A stretch of 63,669 bases of DNA, from the NCBI GenBank assembly GCA_036676705.1, contig JAKFCJ010000178.1, forward strand, positions 1-63,669, written 5' to 3'. Below the pieces are notes generated by a model. It made no database searches, was not told the origin of the DNA, and worked only from the letters and a program-made list of their open reading frames with translations. Positions 1 to 8,590 of this stretch are shown here, in pieces. The position numbers and the translations under genes were made by a program. Numbering within the stretch: the first letter of the stretch is position 1; the number at the start of each line of letters is the position of its first letter. The stretch comes from Bacteroidota bacterium (GTDB lineage: Bacteria > Bacteroidota > Bacteroidia > UBA8524).

Positions 1-960
1 ATCCGCCAGCTCATCAAGCGGAACCTCCCGATGCTGGATATCAATGAGCAGCAGGCCCTGGTCCCTGAAAACTGCATCCCCATCCATAACGACCGCGGTA
101 CCGCACCGGGCATGTGGTTCGAAGACAAAGGCCAGGTGATCGTGAGTTTGCCCGGGGTGCCTTATGAGATGAAAAACATGATCAGCACTTTTGTCATTCC
201 AAAGCTCCAAACCCTGTTTACCATGCCTGTTATCCGGCACCGTACCCTCCTCACTTCAGGCATAGGTGAATCCTATCTGAGCAAAAAAATTGAAAGTATA
301 GAATTGAGTCTGCCCCCACATATCAAACTCGCTTACCTGCCCAATTTCAGTACGGTCCGTCTGCGTTTTTCAGCCCGCGGCACATCTGCCAGCGAGCTTG
401 ACCTGGAACTGGATCAAATTGCACGAAGGGTCAAAGAAACGATCGGCAATTACCTGGCTGCCGATGGCGACCTGCAATTGCAGCAGATCATCGCAGACCT
501 GTTGGTAAAAGAAAATGCCACGCTTTCGACAGCCGAAAGTTGTACCGGAGGCTATATCGCCCATCTGATCACCAGCGTGGCGGGTAGTAGCCGCTATTTT
601 GCCGGAAGTATCGTGTCTTATTCGAACGAAATAAAAATTGCTCAACTCGGAGTATCAAAAAGTGACTTAGCTGAACACGGCGCCGTTAGTGAGCCGGTGG
701 TTCGCCAGATGGCCGAAGGAGCAAGGACAAGACTGGGTACCACCTATTCCATCGCCACCTCCGGCATCGCAGGACCAGACGGCGGAACCGCAGAAAAACC
801 CGTTGGCAGTGTATGGATAGCCGTGAGCGGACCCAAAGGGACAACCGCCAAACTCCACCTCCTCCACGGCGGCCGCGAGCAGGTTATTCAACGCAGTGCG
901 ATGATCGGGTTGGATATGCTCAGGCAAATGTTGGTGGGAGGTAGGGAAGACGGGAAGTAA
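1..960 (+). CDS. cinA: CinA-family protein, C-terminal portion (PncC-like nicotinamide-nucleotide amidohydrolase domain); 5' end outside window
   Basis: The frame is open from nt 1 (IRQLIKRNLP precedes the first Met at 31). Motifs TAESCTGG, IATSGIAGPDGG and KPVGSVWIA are typical of the CinA/PncC C-terminal domain. Confidence 0.85.
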   Translation: MRQLIKRNLPMLDINEQQALVPENCIPIHNDRGTAPGMWFEDKGQVIVSLPGVPYEMKNMISTFVIPKLQTLFTMPVIRHRTLLTSGIGESYLSKKIESIELSLPPHIKLAYLPNFSTVRLRFSARGTSASELDLELDQIARRVKETIGNYLAADGDLQLQQIIADLLVKENATLSTAESCTGGYIAHLITSVAGSSRYFAGSIVSYSNEIKIAQLGVSKSDLAEHGAVSEPVVRQMAEGARTRLGTTYSIATSGIAGPDGGTAEKPVGSVWIAVSGPKGTTAKLHLLHGGREQVIQRSAMIGLDMLRQMLVGGREDGK

Positions 961-1015
961 GGAGGTAGGGAAGACTTGGGGACTTGGGGACTTGGAGAAA
1001 TTTAAATACTCCGAA
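940..1015. repeat. Purine-rich short-period tile array (GGTAGGGAAG and GGGGACTT words) overlapping the cinA stop
   Basis: Read directly: ggaggtagggaagacgggaagtaaggaggtagggaagacttggggacttggggacttggagaaa. Its reverse complement resembles the pyrimidine tiles at 46262-46300, 57505-57575 and 58395-58505. Confidence 0.8.
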
Positions 1016-1029
1016 GCAAACATTATCCT

Positions 1030-1195
1030 ATGCGCCTCTGCGCCTCCGCGCCAGTTATGCCGGCGTAAGCAATAAGCCGAGCTGACAAAACCGCGCCTTT
1101 ATTCTGGCGTAAGCAATAGTCGTCCTCAAAAACAACCCCCTCCGCGCCTTTGCGTTGAATTACTCGTGCGTCAGCAACACGTAATCCGAGTGGGA
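1030..1195. repeat. Three degenerate tandem units, each starting CCGCGCC
   Basis: CCGCGCC occurs at 1046, 1091 and 1142 (spacing 45 and 51 nt). GGCGTAAGCAATA occurs at 1062 and 1106, with the variant GTGCGTCAGCAACA at about 1166. Confidence 0.6.
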
Positions 1196-1256
1196 ATTTT
1201 GAACAACCCGATTAAAAGTGCATTTTTGCAGCAAGTTTTAAGCTAAACGATTAGGA

Positions 1257-2579
1257 ATGGCCGAGTTTCAATTGATCATGCCCAAGATGGGCGAAAGTAT
1301 TGCCGAAGCGACCGTTATTCGCTGGCTGAAAGAGGAAGGTGAGACCATTGAAGCAGATGAGTCTGTACTCGAAATTGCGACCGACAAGGTCGATTCCGAA
1401 GTGCCCTCCCCTAAAGGTGGCGTTTTAAAGAAAAAGCTTTACGGCGAAAATGATGTGGTAAAGGTTGGAGAACCTGTAGCCATTATTGAACTTGCCGGAA
1501 GTGAATCTGCCTCCGCTCCGAGTGCACCTGCTCCTATGGAAAATGCGGCTCCTGCGGTGGTAGCTGAAAAAATGGTAAGTGATGCGGTTGAAACTACAGC
1601 CCCGGCCTCTGCCGACATGAGCGGTGGCAGCCGTTTTTATTCTCCCCTGGTGCTGAATATCGCCCGTACCGAAGGCATCAGCATGGGCGACCTCGAACAA
1701 ATTGCCGGAACAGGCAATGAAGGACGGGTTACCAAAAAAGACATTCTGGCTTACGTCGATGATAGGAAAAATGGAAAAGTAACAGCTCCCGCTGCCGTTC
1801 CTGCCCCTTCAGCCCCGGCAGTAAGCGTAAAAACAGAAACACATAAAGCTCCAGCCGTTTCCATGAGTGCCGGCGACGAGATCATTGAAATGGACCGGAT
1901 GCGCAAGATCATCTCCGAACACATGGTGATGTCGAAACGCACCTCCGCGCATGTTACCTCCTTTGTGGAGGCAGACGTGACGAATATTGTGATGTGGAGG
2001 GATAAAGTGAAAGACAGCTTCCAGAAACGCGAAGGAGAAAAGATCACCTTTACTCCGATCTTTATTGAATGCGTAGCCAAAGCCATCCGCGACTTCCCGA
2101 TGATCAATATTTCGGTTGACGGAGATAAGATCATCAAAAGAAAAGACATCAATATTGGTATGGCCACTGCCCTGCCATCCGGCAACCTGATCGTTCCGGT
2201 GATCCGTAATGCTGACCGTAAAAATCTGGTCGGACTTACCAAAGATGTGAACGACCTGGCCAATAAAGCCCGTAACAACAAACTGAGTCCGGATGATATT
2301 TCGGGAGGAACCTATACCCTCACCAATGTGGGTGGATTTGGTAACTTAATGGGAACTCCGATTATCAACCAGCCCCAGGTGGCTATCCTGGCAGTTGGGG
2401 CGATCAAGAAAAAACCTGCCGTGATCGAAACTCCACAGGGAGATCTGATCGGTATCCGTCATTTTATGTTCCTTTCCCATACCTACGACCACCGTGTGGT
2501 GGATGGTTCTTTGGGAGGAATGTTCGTACGCCGTGTAGCGGATTACCTGGAGCAGTGGGATATAAACAGAGAGATTTGA
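1257..2579 (+). CDS. 2-oxoacid dehydrogenase complex E2 component (dihydrolipoamide acyltransferase)
   Basis: N-terminal lipoyl domain (LEIATDKVDSEV with the lipoyl-Lys), an Ala/Pro-rich linker, a subunit-binding segment, and a C-terminal acyltransferase domain with catalytic HTYDHRVVDG. Confidence 0.9.
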   Translation: MAEFQLIMPKMGESIAEATVIRWLKEEGETIEADESVLEIATDKVDSEVPSPKGGVLKKKLYGENDVVKVGEPVAIIELAGSESASAPSAPAPMENAAPAVVAEKMVSDAVETTAPASADMSGGSRFYSPLVLNIARTEGISMGDLEQIAGTGNEGRVTKKDILAYVDDRKNGKVTAPAAVPAPSAPAVSVKTETHKAPAVSMSAGDEIIEMDRMRKIISEHMVMSKRTSAHVTSFVEADVTNIVMWRDKVKDSFQKREGEKITFTPIFIECVAKAIRDFPMINISVDGDKIIKRKDINIGMATALPSGNLIVPVIRNADRKNLVGLTKDVNDLANKARNNKLSPDDISGGTYTLTNVGGFGNLMGTPIINQPQVAILAVGAIKKKPAVIETPQGDLIGIRHFMFLSHTYDHRVVDGSLGGMFVRRVADYLEQWDINREI

Positions 2580-2592
2580 TCGTAAGGGACAA

Positions 2593-2640
2593 AAGACTTG
2601 AAGACATAAGACTTGAAGACAAGAGACTAAAAGACTATAA
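2593..2640. repeat. Tandem AAGACTTGAAGACA words downstream of the E2 gene
   Basis: aagacttgaagaca occurs at 2593-2606 and 2608-2621, followed by the degenerate agagactaaaagacta. Confidence 0.7.
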
Positions 2641-2642
2641 AA

Positions 2643-2670
2643 GAGGCCGGTGTATCCGGTCTTTTTTTTT
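2643..2670 (+). terminator. Rho-independent terminator after the E2 gene
   Basis: The hairpin gaggccgg-tgtat-ccggtc is followed by a run of nine T (2662-2670). Confidence 0.7.
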
Positions 2671-2708
2671 GAATAATACTATCTTTCGCTTACTAACGTT
2701 TTTTGCAT

Positions 2709-3731
2709 ATGAAAATTCTGAACCATTTCCTCACGATAGCCCTGGTTTTTGCAGCTATTTCGGCCTCTGCACAATATGAGATAGGGGCCTATTCCTACAA
2801 CCAATCCATTGTTAAGTACGTGAATTACGATGCAAAAAAGATCAGAGAGGCAAACATTTTGACCCGGACACAAATGCAGGAAAAAATCGGGAAAAATGGA
2901 TTGCCTGAGAAATCTTCTCCCTATGCGCATTATGAGTATAATGAGCAAGGCCAGATCCTTCGAGAGGATTTCTATTATGGAAAGCGGAAGCTACAACGTT
3001 CGGTAAGTTATAGCTATAACGAAAAAAATCAGGTGGTTCGAAAATCCGTCATGTATAAAAAAGATAAAACACCCGAATTGGTGATCGACCTTAGTTACTT
3101 TAATGACAGCCTTATTTCCGAGATCCATTTTACCCGTAATGGGAAAAAAACATATGGATACCGCTACTTTTATGCGGCAGATGGTAAAATAATTGAGCAA
3201 CGCGGGTATAAAAAAGGCAAAATTAACAGCCGTATCGAATACGATTATTACGAAGATGGAAGCAAAAAAGAAGTGCGTTATTATGAGGATAGCCTGAAGC
3301 TGGAAAAAACCTTCCGTTACGATTGCGGCATTGGAAACTCACTTTTGAGTCAAAAACAAAAGGATACCCTGACCCGCTGTTCAAAAAAAGAAGATCTCGG
3401 GAATGGAACCATGCGCACCATTGAAGAAACCCGCGATGAAAAAGGAAGGATCCGTCGCGTAATCTACGATTACAATCTCGACCAGAATTGGTATGAAACA
3501 CGGTCATATGACGCAAAAAACCGGTTGGTGTACACCTACCGAAGTGAAACACTTCCAAATGGAAAAAGAAAAGTCAACTATTCTCTTTACCGGAATGGCA
3601 AAGAAAAAAGACAGCACCATTCCATTCAATGGATGGATAGTTTGGGCTTTTTCGCCAACCAGGGCATGGAAAAAGACCGTATTGAAACAAATACATACAG
3701 TACCTACACGTTCCGTTCGTCGATAAACTAA
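2709..3731 (+). CDS. Secreted hypothetical protein with YD/RHS-like short repeats
   Basis: ATG at 2709 gives MKILNHFLTIALVFAAISASAQ, a signal peptide. Repeated segments include YEYNEQGQILRE, YSYNEKNQVVRK, YDYYEDGSKKEVRYYED and YDAKNRLVYTY. Confidence 0.6.
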   Translation: MKILNHFLTIALVFAAISASAQYEIGAYSYNQSIVKYVNYDAKKIREANILTRTQMQEKIGKNGLPEKSSPYAHYEYNEQGQILREDFYYGKRKLQRSVSYSYNEKNQVVRKSVMYKKDKTPELVIDLSYFNDSLISEIHFTRNGKKTYGYRYFYAADGKIIEQRGYKKGKINSRIEYDYYEDGSKKEVRYYEDSLKLEKTFRYDCGIGNSLLSQKQKDTLTRCSKKEDLGNGTMRTIEETRDEKGRIRRVIYDYNLDQNWYETRSYDAKNRLVYTYRSETLPNGKRKVNYSLYRNGKEKRQHHSIQWMDSLGFFANQGMEKDRIETNTYSTYTFRSSIN

Positions 3732-3827
3732 ATCCCTTCCAACCCTTTTTTCTTTTTCGACGTTGTACAACTATTCAAGACCGAATGGCGTCTTAGGAAT
3801 AGTTTACAAACCACTGATCGGCATCCA

Positions 3828-4397
3828 ATGCGCGACGAAATTTCTTTGATAGAAGCCTGCATCAAGCAGAACAGGGCAGCTCAACAAAAGCTATACCAGC
3901 TATATGCTCCTAAAATGTTAGGAGTGTGCTACCGTTATGCTTCTTCAAGAGAAGAAGCGGAAGATATGTTGCAGGAAGGTTTTATCCGGGTTTTTCAAAA
4001 ACTGGATAGCTTTCGTTTCGAAGGTTCCTTTGAAGGATGGCTTCGGCGTATCATTGTCAACACCGCCATCAACATCATCAGAAAATACCAGAACTTAAAA
4101 TACGAATGCGATATTGACTCTGCGGAATATACTCCTGCAGCATCCGGCGACGTGATTGCGTCCATGTATACCAGAGAGGTTGTGGATCTCGTACGCAGTT
4201 TGCCAAATGGCTACCGCACCGTGCTCAACCTCTACGCAATTGAAGGGTACTCCCATAAGGAGATTGCGGATATGTTAGGAATAAATGAAAGCAGTTCACG
4301 ATCTCAGTACACGCGGGCCAAAGCCCTGTTGGCAAAACGCTTGGAGAAGATCGAAGCGTTTGGTATAACAGAGCATGTCAAGGTTTCGCATCCATAG
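3828..4397 (+). CDS. ECF-type RNA polymerase sigma-70 family factor
   Basis: 189 aa. Region 2-like DMLQEGFIRVF...WLRRIIVNTAIN and a region 4 helix-turn-helix YSHKEIADMLGINESSSRSQYTRAKALL. Confidence 0.85.
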   Translation: MRDEISLIEACIKQNRAAQQKLYQLYAPKMLGVCYRYASSREEAEDMLQEGFIRVFQKLDSFRFEGSFEGWLRRIIVNTAINIIRKYQNLKYECDIDSAEYTPAASGDVIASMYTREVVDLVRSLPNGYRTVLNLYAIEGYSHKEIADMLGINESSSRSQYTRAKALLAKRLEKIEAFGITEHVKVSHP

Positions 4398-5610
4398 ACC
4401 CTTCGAAGAAGAATTGGCCAAAAAGGCCGATGAATTTTCCATGCAACCCAGCCTGTCTACCTGGCAGGGTGTGGAAAAAAGCATTGCCAAAACGCGGGCC
4501 ATACAAACCTATTGGAAAATAGGCATACTCAGCCTGAGTATTGTGGCTGTAATTGGAATTCTTTTTATTCAGGATGACAGAAGATCAACCGCTTCGAAGA
4601 CCACCGAAACTGCCATTACGCTTTTGCCACCTCTCACTGACCAACCCCTTACAAGCAAAGACGGAAAAGATTCACCGACGACTCACGGAGCGAAAATTAA
4701 CGCCCGAGCGAAAAAGGAAAAAAGTGTACCTGCAATAACACAAATGAAGACGCGAGAAAGCCTGCAGGGTAGCTCCGAATTCAAAACGGAGAAAATTGTA
4801 CTTAAAAACATTATACCCAAAAAGTTACGTATTGGATATAAAGCCGATCCTTCATCTGAAGCAAGCCGTTTAAGTTTGAGAAAACGTCCACCGTCATTCA
4901 GGGGTCGTGATGCCTGGTACGTACAGGTGAATTATGGTCCTGCATACGCCTACCGGAATATTTCTGCCCGTACCGACTATGCCCGTCCGCTTGAGGATAC
5001 TAAAAAACAACTCGACAAAGGAGTATCCGGGTTTTCAGCCCGTGTTCAGGCGCGTTACCATTTCTCTGATCGTTTTTCCCTTGCCTTTGGGATCGGCTAT
5101 ACGCGCTCAGGAGAACGGATCGGAATTGCCCCTAAGAAAGACAGTAAAGTATACGATGCCCTGGCTGAAACATACGGTTATGAAACGACCGAAATGAATA
5201 CGCCGGGTGATATCTCCTATTACACCAACCAGTACAGCTACACCGAGTTGCCCGTTACGTTATACAGTAAAAAGCCTTTGACCCCGCGTTTAAGTCTCAC
5301 CACAGGCCTTGGCCTTTCCCTTGGCTATATGTCAAAGACCAATGCACGCTGTTACGATTACCGGATCGACCATTATGTGAACAACCCGAAATTTTTACGC
5401 GACTGGTCTGTCAGCTCGCATGCCCAGGTATTGCTCGAATACAGCGTAAATACCCGTTGGTCGCTTGCCGCCGGGCCTGAATTTACCTATGCCCTGCTCT
5501 CCACCTACCAGAATTATTATACCCTGAGCCAACATCAATTTTCGGCGGGTATGAATTTTGGCGTTCAATGGAAACTGTTCGATGTGACCAAAAGCCGACT
5601 GGCTGAATGA
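4375..5610 (+). CDS. Membrane-anchored anti-sigma-like protein with a C-terminal beta-barrel-like domain
   Basis: Overlaps the sigma gene by 23 nt. Has a short cytoplasmic N-terminus, one TM helix (YWKIGILSLSIVAVIGILFI), a T/K/P-rich linker, and about 230 aa of alternating aromatic/polar strands (WYVQVNYGPAYAYRN...NFGVQWKLF). Confidence 0.55.
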   Translation: MSRFRIHRPFEEELAKKADEFSMQPSLSTWQGVEKSIAKTRAIQTYWKIGILSLSIVAVIGILFIQDDRRSTASKTTETAITLLPPLTDQPLTSKDGKDSPTTHGAKINARAKKEKSVPAITQMKTRESLQGSSEFKTEKIVLKNIIPKKLRIGYKADPSSEASRLSLRKRPPSFRGRDAWYVQVNYGPAYAYRNISARTDYARPLEDTKKQLDKGVSGFSARVQARYHFSDRFSLAFGIGYTRSGERIGIAPKKDSKVYDALAETYGYETTEMNTPGDISYYTNQYSYTELPVTLYSKKPLTPRLSLTTGLGLSLGYMSKTNARCYDYRIDHYVNNPKFLRDWSVSSHAQVLLEYSVNTRWSLAAGPEFTYALLSTYQNYYTLSQHQFSAGMNFGVQWKLFDVTKSRLAE

Positions 5611-5663
5611 GATAAATTTGTCTCTTTCTTATTCACACCTCCTTTAGGGTGTCATTTTATCCC

Positions 5664-5671
5664 TACCTTTG
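5664..5671 (+). promoter_or_regulatory. Bacteroidota -7 promoter box (TAnnTTTG) upstream of pyrG
   Basis: TACCTTTG lies 25 nt before the ATG at 5697. Confidence 0.5.
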
Positions 5672-5696
5672 CATCCCGTACACGAACAAGGTCATC

Positions 5697-7316
5697 ATGT
5701 TAAAAACCAAGTATATTTTCGTTACGGGAGGGGTTACTTCTTCTTTAGGAAAGGGGATCATATCAGCCTCTTTAGCCAAGCTGCTCCAGGCAAGAGGCTA
5801 TAAAGTTACCATCCAGAAATTCGACCCCTATATCAATATTGATCCGGGAACCATGAATCCGTATGAACACGGAGAATGTTACGTAACGGACGATGGCGCC
5901 GAAACGGATCTTGACCTTGGTCACTACGAAAGGTTCCTTAACATCACTACCTCCCAGGCGAATAACGTTACCACAGGTAAAATTTACCAGACAGTTATTG
6001 AAAAAGAACGTCAGGGCCAGTATTTGGGCAAAACCGTCCAGGTGGTTCCCCATATTACCGATGAGATCAAACGTCGTATCTGTTTACTTGGAGAAAGTGG
6101 AGAATACGACATCATCATCACCGAATTAGGTGGCACTGTAGGCGACATTGAATCCCTGCCTTATATTGAAACGGTTCGTCAGATCATCTGGGAAAAAGAA
6201 GAACACGAGTGCGCGGTTATCCACCTTACTCTTGTTCCCTACCTTGCTGCTGCCAAAGAATTAAAAACAAAACCTACCCAACACTCGGTAAAGGCCATGT
6301 TGGAATATGGCGTGCAACCCGATGTATTGGTATGCCGTACTGAACATGAACTGGGTGTCGACCTGCGCAAAAAGATCGCCCTCTTCTGTAATGTGAAGGT
6401 GAATGCCGTTATTGAGTCGATCGATGTGGAAACCATCTACGATGTTCCGCTGAAAATGCAGAAAGAAAAGCTCGACAAAGTGATCCTGGCGCATTTAAAA
6501 TTGCCTTCGAAAATGGAGCCCGACCTGGGAAGCTGGAAAGATTTTCTTTGGCGCCTGAAAAACCCGAAGCAGGAGATCAATATCGGTTTGATAGGAAAAT
6601 ACGTTGAATTGCCTGATGCCTACAAATCCATAGCAGAGGCCTTTATCCATGCCGGCTCTGAGAACGAATGCAAAGTTCGTTTGCACTACATGCATTCCGA
6701 ATTGATCAATGAAGACAATGTACGGGCTAAATTGGGCCATCTGGACGGGATCCTGGTTGCTCCGGGATTTGGTGAAAGGGGTATAGAAGGAAAAATTACT
6801 ACCATCAAATATGCCCGTGAAAACGGAATTCCCTTCTTCGGGATCTGTCTGGGCATGCAATGCGCCGTAGTAGAGTATGCGCGAAATGTACTCGGACTGA
6901 AGGATGCCGAATCCAGTGAAATGAACCCGGCAACTAAAAATCCGGTCATTGATATGATGGAGGAGCAAAAGAAGATCACCAAAAAGGGCGGAACCATGCG
7001 TTTGGGCTCTTATCCCTGCCAGTTGACCAAAGGCAGTAAAGCCTACCTGGCTTATGGTAAGGCTAAAATTAACGAGCGCTATCGTCACCGTTATGAATTT
7101 AACGATAAGTACCGGGCAGCCTTTGAAAAAGCAGGCATGTTGTGTACCGGTATCAATCCGGATTCAAATCTGGTAGAGATCGTAGAAGTTGGTACGCATC
7201 CCTGGTTTGTCGGTGTACAATTCCATCCGGAATACAAGAGTACCGTTGATAATCCGCATCCCCTGTTCGTTCGCTTCGTAAAAGCAGCCGGCGAATACGC
7301 CCTCAAAAAAGGTTAA
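5697..7316 (+). CDS. pyrG: CTP synthase
   Basis: [21 protein letters not shown]-terminus, and a glutamine amidotransferase domain with GICLGMQ and HRYE(F)N. The GTG at 5649 adds a non-conserved extension that overlaps the promoter box. Confidence 0.95.
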   Translation: MLKTKYIFVTGGVTSSLGKGIISASLAKLLQARGYKVTIQKFDPYINIDPGTMNPYEHGECYVTDDGAETDLDLGHYERFLNITTSQANNVTTGKIYQTVIEKERQGQYLGKTVQVVPHITDEIKRRICLLGESGEYDIIITELGGTVGDIESLPYIETVRQIIWEKEEHECAVIHLTLVPYLAAAKELKTKPTQHSVKAMLEYGVQPDVLVCRTEHELGVDLRKKIALFCNVKVNAVIESIDVETIYDVPLKMQKEKLDKVILAHLKLPSKMEPDLGSWKDFLWRLKNPKQEINIGLIGKYVELPDAYKSIAEAFIHAGSENECKVRLHYMHSELINEDNVRAKLGHLDGILVAPGFGERGIEGKITTIKYARENGIPFFGICLGMQCAVVEYARNVLGLKDAESSEMNPATKNPVIDMMEEQKKITKKGGTMRLGSYPCQLTKGSKAYLAYGKAKINERYRHRYEFNDKYRAAFEKAGMLCTGINPDSNLVEIVEVGTHPWFVGVQFHPEYKSTVDNPHPLFVRFVKAAGEYALKKG

Positions 7317-8590
7317 TCGTGTAAGCTTTGCATTTCGTTCACCCTGTTGGCATCGAGTTTCAACAGGGTAAAAAGCAGGATGGTAAAGCCAAGCAATGAC
7401 GAGCCTCCATAGCTAAAAAAGGGTAGAGGAATCCCTATGATGGGCATCAACCCTATAGTCATGCCAATATTTACCGTAAAATGCACAAAGAGGATGCAGG
7501 CAACACTGTAAGCATAGATCCGGCTGAACCGGTTTTTTTGTCTTTCGGCTATGATGACAATGCGGATCATCAATAAAACGAACATAAACACCACTCCTGC
7601 CGAGCCTAAAAAGCCGTATTCCTCTCCTATCGTACAATAAATAAAATCGGTGGCCTGTTCAGGCACATAATCATAACGCGTTTGCGTGCCGTTTAAAAAT
7701 CCCTGGCCGAAAAATCCTCCCGAGCCAATGGCGATCTTCGACTGGCGCACATTATAATCATCGCCCCCTTTACCAAAAAGCACATTGATCCTCGCCCGCT
7801 GATGTTCCTGCAACACCTCATTAAAGAAAAAATCAACCGACATGATCACCACAATGGAAAACACCAGGGCGGCAAGAATAGCCAGAAGAATTTGTTTGTT
7901 CTTCCGGAACACCACCAACAAAACTGCCGCCAGTCCCCCCAACACATAGATCACATTCAGGGGTTCATCTACAAGCAGGGTAACTACGAACAGAAAAGCC
8001 AGGTAAAATGCCCCTGCCAGCAGCCAGGTGGGTAGTCCTTCGCGGTATAAAACGAGGAAAAAGGCGGTAAAAACGAGCGCACTACCCGTATCGTTCTGAA
8101 GGAGTACCAGCGCCATGGGCAAGAGGATGATCCCAAAACAGATCACCTTCACCCTGAAGTCTTTGAACGACACGTCATAAGAGCTCAGGTATTTTGCCAG
8201 GGTGAGTGCCGTTGCATATTTGGCCAGTTCAACGGGTTGAAACTTAAAGCCACCCAATTCAAACCACGACTTGGCCCCTTTGGTTTCCGCACCGATAAAA
8301 ATTACTGCTATACAGAGGAAGATGGCCAGGGCATAAAATCCATAGGCAAAAGCCCCGTAAAACTTGGCGTCAACGATAAGAATAGCTGCACCGAGAACCA
8401 GGCCGATGGCAATGAACATCATCTGCCTACCGTAGTTTTGCGACAGGTCGAAAATGCTCGAATTATCGGGGTTATATACGGCCGAATAGATAGCGATCCA
8501 GCCGAACAGGACCATGAACAGGTACTGGAAAATGGTCAGCCAATCCAGTCCGCCTGTTTCGAAAGGTTCGTTAGTGCGGTACCGGTTCAT
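7313..8590 (-). CDS. rodA: Rod shape-determining SEDS protein RodA (FtsW/RodA/SpoVE family)
   Basis: Polytopic membrane protein with C-terminal [19 protein letters not shown]. It sits directly downstream of mrdA in the mre cluster. Confidence 0.9.
   Translation of the reverse strand: MNRYRTNEPFETGGLDWLTIFQYLFMVLFGWIAIYSAVYNPDNSSIFDLSQNYGRQMMFIAIGLVLGAAILIVDAKFYGAFAYGFYALAIFLCIAVIFIGAETKGAKSWFELGGFKFQPVELAKYATALTLAKYLSSYDVSFKDFRVKVICFGIILLPMALVLLQNDTGSALVFTAFFLVLYREGLPTWLLAGAFYLAFLFVVTLLVDEPLNVIYVLGGLAAVLLVVFRKNKQILLAILAALVFSIVVIMSVDFFFNEVLQEHQRARINVLFGKGGDDYNVRQSKIAIGSGGFFGQGFLNGTQTRYDYVPEQATDFIYCTIGEEYGFLGSAGVVFMFVLLMIRIVIIAERQKNRFSRIYAYSVACILFVHFTVNIGMTIGLMPIIGIPLPFFSYGGSSLLGFTILLFTLLKLDANRVNEMQSLHD

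Noticed and set aside
667-1023. 118-aa minus-strand ORF starting in the tile array after cinA
   Set aside because: It is antisense to cinA, and its N-terminus is simply the translated tile repeat (SPSPQVFPTSLLPVFPTS).
6495-7088. 197-aa minus-strand ORF inside pyrG
   Set aside because: It is entirely antisense to a strongly conserved CTP synthase region, and its composition is typical of a shadow ORF. The same reasoning applies to 5772-6053, 6261-6494 and 6686-6997.
7313-7316. Convergent gene-end overlaps: pyrG/rodA 4 nt, DUF2480-like/ftcD 17 nt at 19213-19229, and OmpA-like/fabD 14 nt at 36779-36792
   Set aside because: They are real in the sequence, but short convergent 3' overlaps are common in compact bacterial genomes and are not informative on their own.
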